From an uncultured Pseudomonadota bacterium (lineage in GTDB: Bacteria; Oederibacteriota; Muellerivitia; Muellerivitales; Muellerivitaceae): 64,000 bases of DNA. The stretch spans positions 256,001 through 320,000 of the forward strand of contig CAWIIP010000001.1 in assembly GCA_963836235.1 (NCBI GenBank), given 5' to 3'. The position numbers and the translations under genes were made by a program. The notes under the pieces are model-generated. The model made no database searches and had not been told where the DNA came from. It was given only the letters and a program-made list of their open reading frames with translations. Below, one piece after another: positions 61,288-64,000 of the stretch (the first letter of the stretch is position 1; the number at the start of each line of letters is the position of its first letter).

Positions 61288-62244
61288 ATGAAACGCAAAT
61301 TAATTTATTTCCTTCTTTTAGTCCTCTGGACGCCCGCCGTGGTAAAAGCAGATGAAGAAACACAACAAAACCCAGTTGTTTCTCCCACAGTTGTTCCGGT
61401 TTTTCCAACCGCCGCCCCCACTCAGGTGACGGCGGCTCCCTCAATGGTTTATGCCGACCATTTGAGTCCGATTGACCATGCCGGGATTTGGACAAAGTTC
61501 GACTTGAGTTACAATTATGCTGGTCAAGCCGATCTTTTAAATAGCGCGGTTCCCATTAACAACCAAACCTATGTCAATCCCGGGGAATTGGGGACTTACA
61601 CGGGTTCAGCTTCATCAAGCCACAATGGCCTGGGTTTGGGTTTTGAGCTGGGTTTTCTCTTGAATACTTCCAGCGGCATCGCCCTTGGGGCCCATTATCT
61701 CCAAACCGACGAATATAACGCGAACGTGAATTATCCTAACGCGGGTCCGGATTCGGAGTCGGTGACCCTGCTTCCGACGGTTATTCCGATCACCCTGGAT
61801 TATTATTTTTTTCTTCCTGATTCCGGAGGGCGGTTTTTCTTGAGTGTAGGGGCGGGTTTTTACGCGGCCAATGTGCGGGTTAGCCAAAAGACCACTAGCG
61901 ACAACTTTTTGGGGTCGAACAATAATGGTCCAGATGTCTGGTCCGGTAATTTGTCTTCCAGCGCGCTAGGATTTCAGGCTGGAGTGGGGCGGGAATTTGC
62001 CATTAGTTCTCAATTTGGAATCACGCTCTTCGCCAGGGGCCGTTACGCCAGGATTTCCAATTTCCAGGGAAAATTACTGGATTCCAACGCGTCCTCTGAA
62101 AATTTTGGTTTGGCCACGGGAACGAATGGCGTGGTTGATATCGATTCAACGGCGAATATCACCAGCGCCAACAACGAGCATTACACGATGATCGATTTCA
62201 CGGGGTTTGAGGCGGGAGTGGCGCTGAACTTTTATCATTTTTAG
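61288..62244 (+). CDS. Outer-membrane beta-barrel protein (OmpA/OmpW-like)
   Basis: Signal, P/T linker, IPITLDYY, GAGFY, GFQAGVG, DFTGFEAGVALNFYHF. Confidence 0.8.
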   Translation: MKRKLIYFLLLVLWTPAVVKADEETQQNPVVSPTVVPVFPTAAPTQVTAAPSMVYADHLSPIDHAGIWTKFDLSYNYAGQADLLNSAVPINNQTYVNPGELGTYTGSASSSHNGLGLGFELGFLLNTSSGIALGAHYLQTDEYNANVNYPNAGPDSESVTLLPTVIPITLDYYFFLPDSGGRFFLSVGAGFYAANVRVSQKTTSDNFLGSNNNGPDVWSGNLSSSALGFQAGVGREFAISSQFGITLFARGRYARISNFQGKLLDSNASSENFGLATGTNGVVDIDSTANITSANNEHYTMIDFTGFEAGVALNFYHF

Positions 62245-62319
62245 CGGGACAATAGAATCCAGCAATTCTGGTTGCCTGTGCTAAAATACGCCTTCATTTT
62301 TAAGCCTAAGGATTAAAGT

Positions 62320-63258
62320 ATGGCCCGGATCGCCGCGATTTTTCCAAATGAAGGTTCCCATTATGTTGGCATGGGCAAGGACTTTTACTCTAAATCCATT
62401 ACAGCCCGGGAGTTTTTTGATAAGGCCGAAAAACTTTTGGAACGAAAGATCGCCAAGATTTGTTTCCTAGGACCCAAGGAAGACCAGGACAAACTATTAA
62501 ACGCCCACATGATCACTTTTATTTGCGACGTGGCTTTTCTGGACCCCCTAGTCAAAAACCGCCGAAAGCCGGAACTGTTGACGGGCATCGGCGTCGGGGA
62601 AGTAGCCGCGCTGGTGGGGGCCGAATGCCTGCCCTATGTGAACGCCCTCCAGTACGTGGTGAAAAGGGCTGCGCTTTTGGAAGCCTTCGCCCAAAAACAC
62701 GGCGGATCGGCTTTGTCCATATCAGGAGTCACCTTGGAACAGTTGCAACCCATCCTGACCCGCGAGGAAGGGGAGTTGATCATTACCCATTACATGGCGC
62801 CCGATACTTTTGTGGTTTGGGGACCGACCGAGGCGGTCAATTCCTTACAAACCGAAGCCCAGGGGAACCGGCAAATCAAAACGAACCCGCAGCTTCCGCG
62901 TGGGCCTTTATTTTCCCCTTTGGCGGCCGAGTTGGAAGGGCCATTCGACAAGCTTTTGACCGAATGCCTGGGGGATGCCAAATTGAAAAACCCTAAAATA
63001 TCCATCCACCGCTGTTCGGACGGCGAATATGTGGGAACCATTGAAATGGTGCGAGACATCCTCACCAAACAATATTCCAAGCCCGTGGACTGGATCGCCA
63101 CCGTCAAAGCCGTCAATTTAAGAGGGTTTCGCACCTGGGTGGAAGTGGGGCCGGGCAAGGTTTACGGGCCGCTCGTGCGCAAAGTGGATACGGATAATCG
63201 GGTTTCTAACGTGGAAGATCTCAAAAGCCTTTCCGCGACTGTGAAAGTGACGGGATAA
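62320..63258 (+). CDS. FabD (malonyl-CoA:ACP transacylase) homologue lacking the catalytic Ser/His
   Basis: FPNEGSH..GMGK, GIGVGE (versus GHSLGE), GPLFSP (versus AFHS), PVDW, EVGPGKV. Confidence 0.85.
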   Translation: MARIAAIFPNEGSHYVGMGKDFYSKSITAREFFDKAEKLLERKIAKICFLGPKEDQDKLLNAHMITFICDVAFLDPLVKNRRKPELLTGIGVGEVAALVGAECLPYVNALQYVVKRAALLEAFAQKHGGSALSISGVTLEQLQPILTREEGELIITHYMAPDTFVVWGPTEAVNSLQTEAQGNRQIKTNPQLPRGPLFSPLAAELEGPFDKLLTECLGDAKLKNPKISIHRCSDGEYVGTIEMVRDILTKQYSKPVDWIATVKAVNLRGFRTWVEVGPGKVYGPLVRKVDTDNRVSNVEDLKSLSATVKVTG

Positions 63259-63302
63259 TCCATTTTCACCGCGAAAACGAGAAATCCATAGAGAACTTAA
63301 AA

Positions 63303-63980
63303 ATGTTTTTTTATTTTAAAAAAAATCTGGGTTTAATTTCCCGCCTCGGGCTATTGACGGTTCAAATCGTTTCTGTTTTTCCGGTTTTGGCCGACGAGGA
63401 CGCCCTTTCGCCTCCCACGCCCAATACCGCACTTCATATCGCCATACCCAAGTCATCCGTGGCGAAAACGATTCCGCCCAAGGCCGGGAAAAAATTAAAG
63501 AAGAAACCCAAGGCAAAACCCACCCCGATACCAACCGCTACAGTGACGTCGACGCCATCCTTTACGGATATTCCAACAACTACCTTTACTCCGACCGTGA
63601 CGGCAACTCCCGATAAAAACGCAAAAAAAACTCCCACGCCCACAGCCACTCCCAAACCCATTGATCATGGGAAGGTTAAGGACTCCTTACCGAAGGTCAC
63701 GACTATTCCTAATCCCGTTTGGGGTGATAAGGTTATTTTTCGGGTCATGACTTTGGGTGCCGCCAAAGCCAACATCATTATTTATGACCGGTTCTTCACC
63801 AAAGTGGACCAGTTAGCGGGTGAGGGGGATCAATTATTTGATATTCTTTGGAGCTTAAAGAAGATTCCGGAAGGGATTTACTATTACCAGGCTCAAATTA
63901 TCGATACCCAAGCGAACAGCGCTCAAACCATGCCCATGCAAAATTTTGCCGTGATGAAAGATGAACAGCCCCAACCTTAG
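63303..63980 (+). CDS. Secreted protein with T/P linker and T9SS-CTD/FlgD-like Ig domain
   Basis: Signal, PTPIPTAT linker, IPNP..IIYD..W..GIYYY..FAVMK. Confidence 0.75.
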   Translation: MFFYFKKNLGLISRLGLLTVQIVSVFPVLADEDALSPPTPNTALHIAIPKSSVAKTIPPKAGKKLKKKPKAKPTPIPTATVTSTPSFTDIPTTTFTPTVTATPDKNAKKTPTPTATPKPIDHGKVKDSLPKVTTIPNPVWGDKVIFRVMTLGAAKANIIIYDRFFTKVDQLAGEGDQLFDILWSLKKIPEGIYYYQAQIIDTQANSAQTMPMQNFAVMKDEQPQP

Positions 63981-64000
63981 CCTTCTCCTGTCCAATAACC

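Overview
64 kb of mostly chromosomal, housekeeping-rich DNA from a diderm bacterium. The abundance of Thr/Pro-stalked secreted proteins with FlgD-Ig and T9SS-CTD-like C-termini recalls candidate-phylum FCPU426-type genomes, but this is an unverified impression. In order, the window holds: a CHASE3/PAS histidine kinase with an Rcp1-like regulator and a decayed third gene; a frameshifted NHL-repeat gene; a solo dnaJ with a displaced, degenerate copy of its own 3' end; a serine hydrolase, glyA and two TolB-like lipoproteins; the pheA-hisC-tyrA-aroA-cmk...plsC-rpsA superoperon, interrupted by an adenylate cyclase, GT-C, large glycoside hydrolase, bPH protein and DAHP synthase; a giant TPR + TonB-boxed plug-less barrel + ExbB/ExbD/TonB cluster; a 1.8-kaa expansin-tipped, Thr-stalked surface protein; sugar epimerase and kinase genes; a Fur-boxed barrel + monoheme cytochrome lipoprotein pair; an IS3-family element abutting a 5'-truncated moaA; an orphan long ParB-like protein; a DUF900 hydrolase-barrel fusion; a TonB-dependent receptor and OMP; and a FabD homologue lacking its catalytic residues. 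No rRNA, tRNA or CRISPR array was recognised. The best novel-system candidates are the TPR/barrel/Exb-TonB machine, the Thr-stalk/CTD surface-display system with possible O-glycosylation, and the Fur-controlled porin-cytochrome pair. All calls come from motif recognition by eye; no searches were run.
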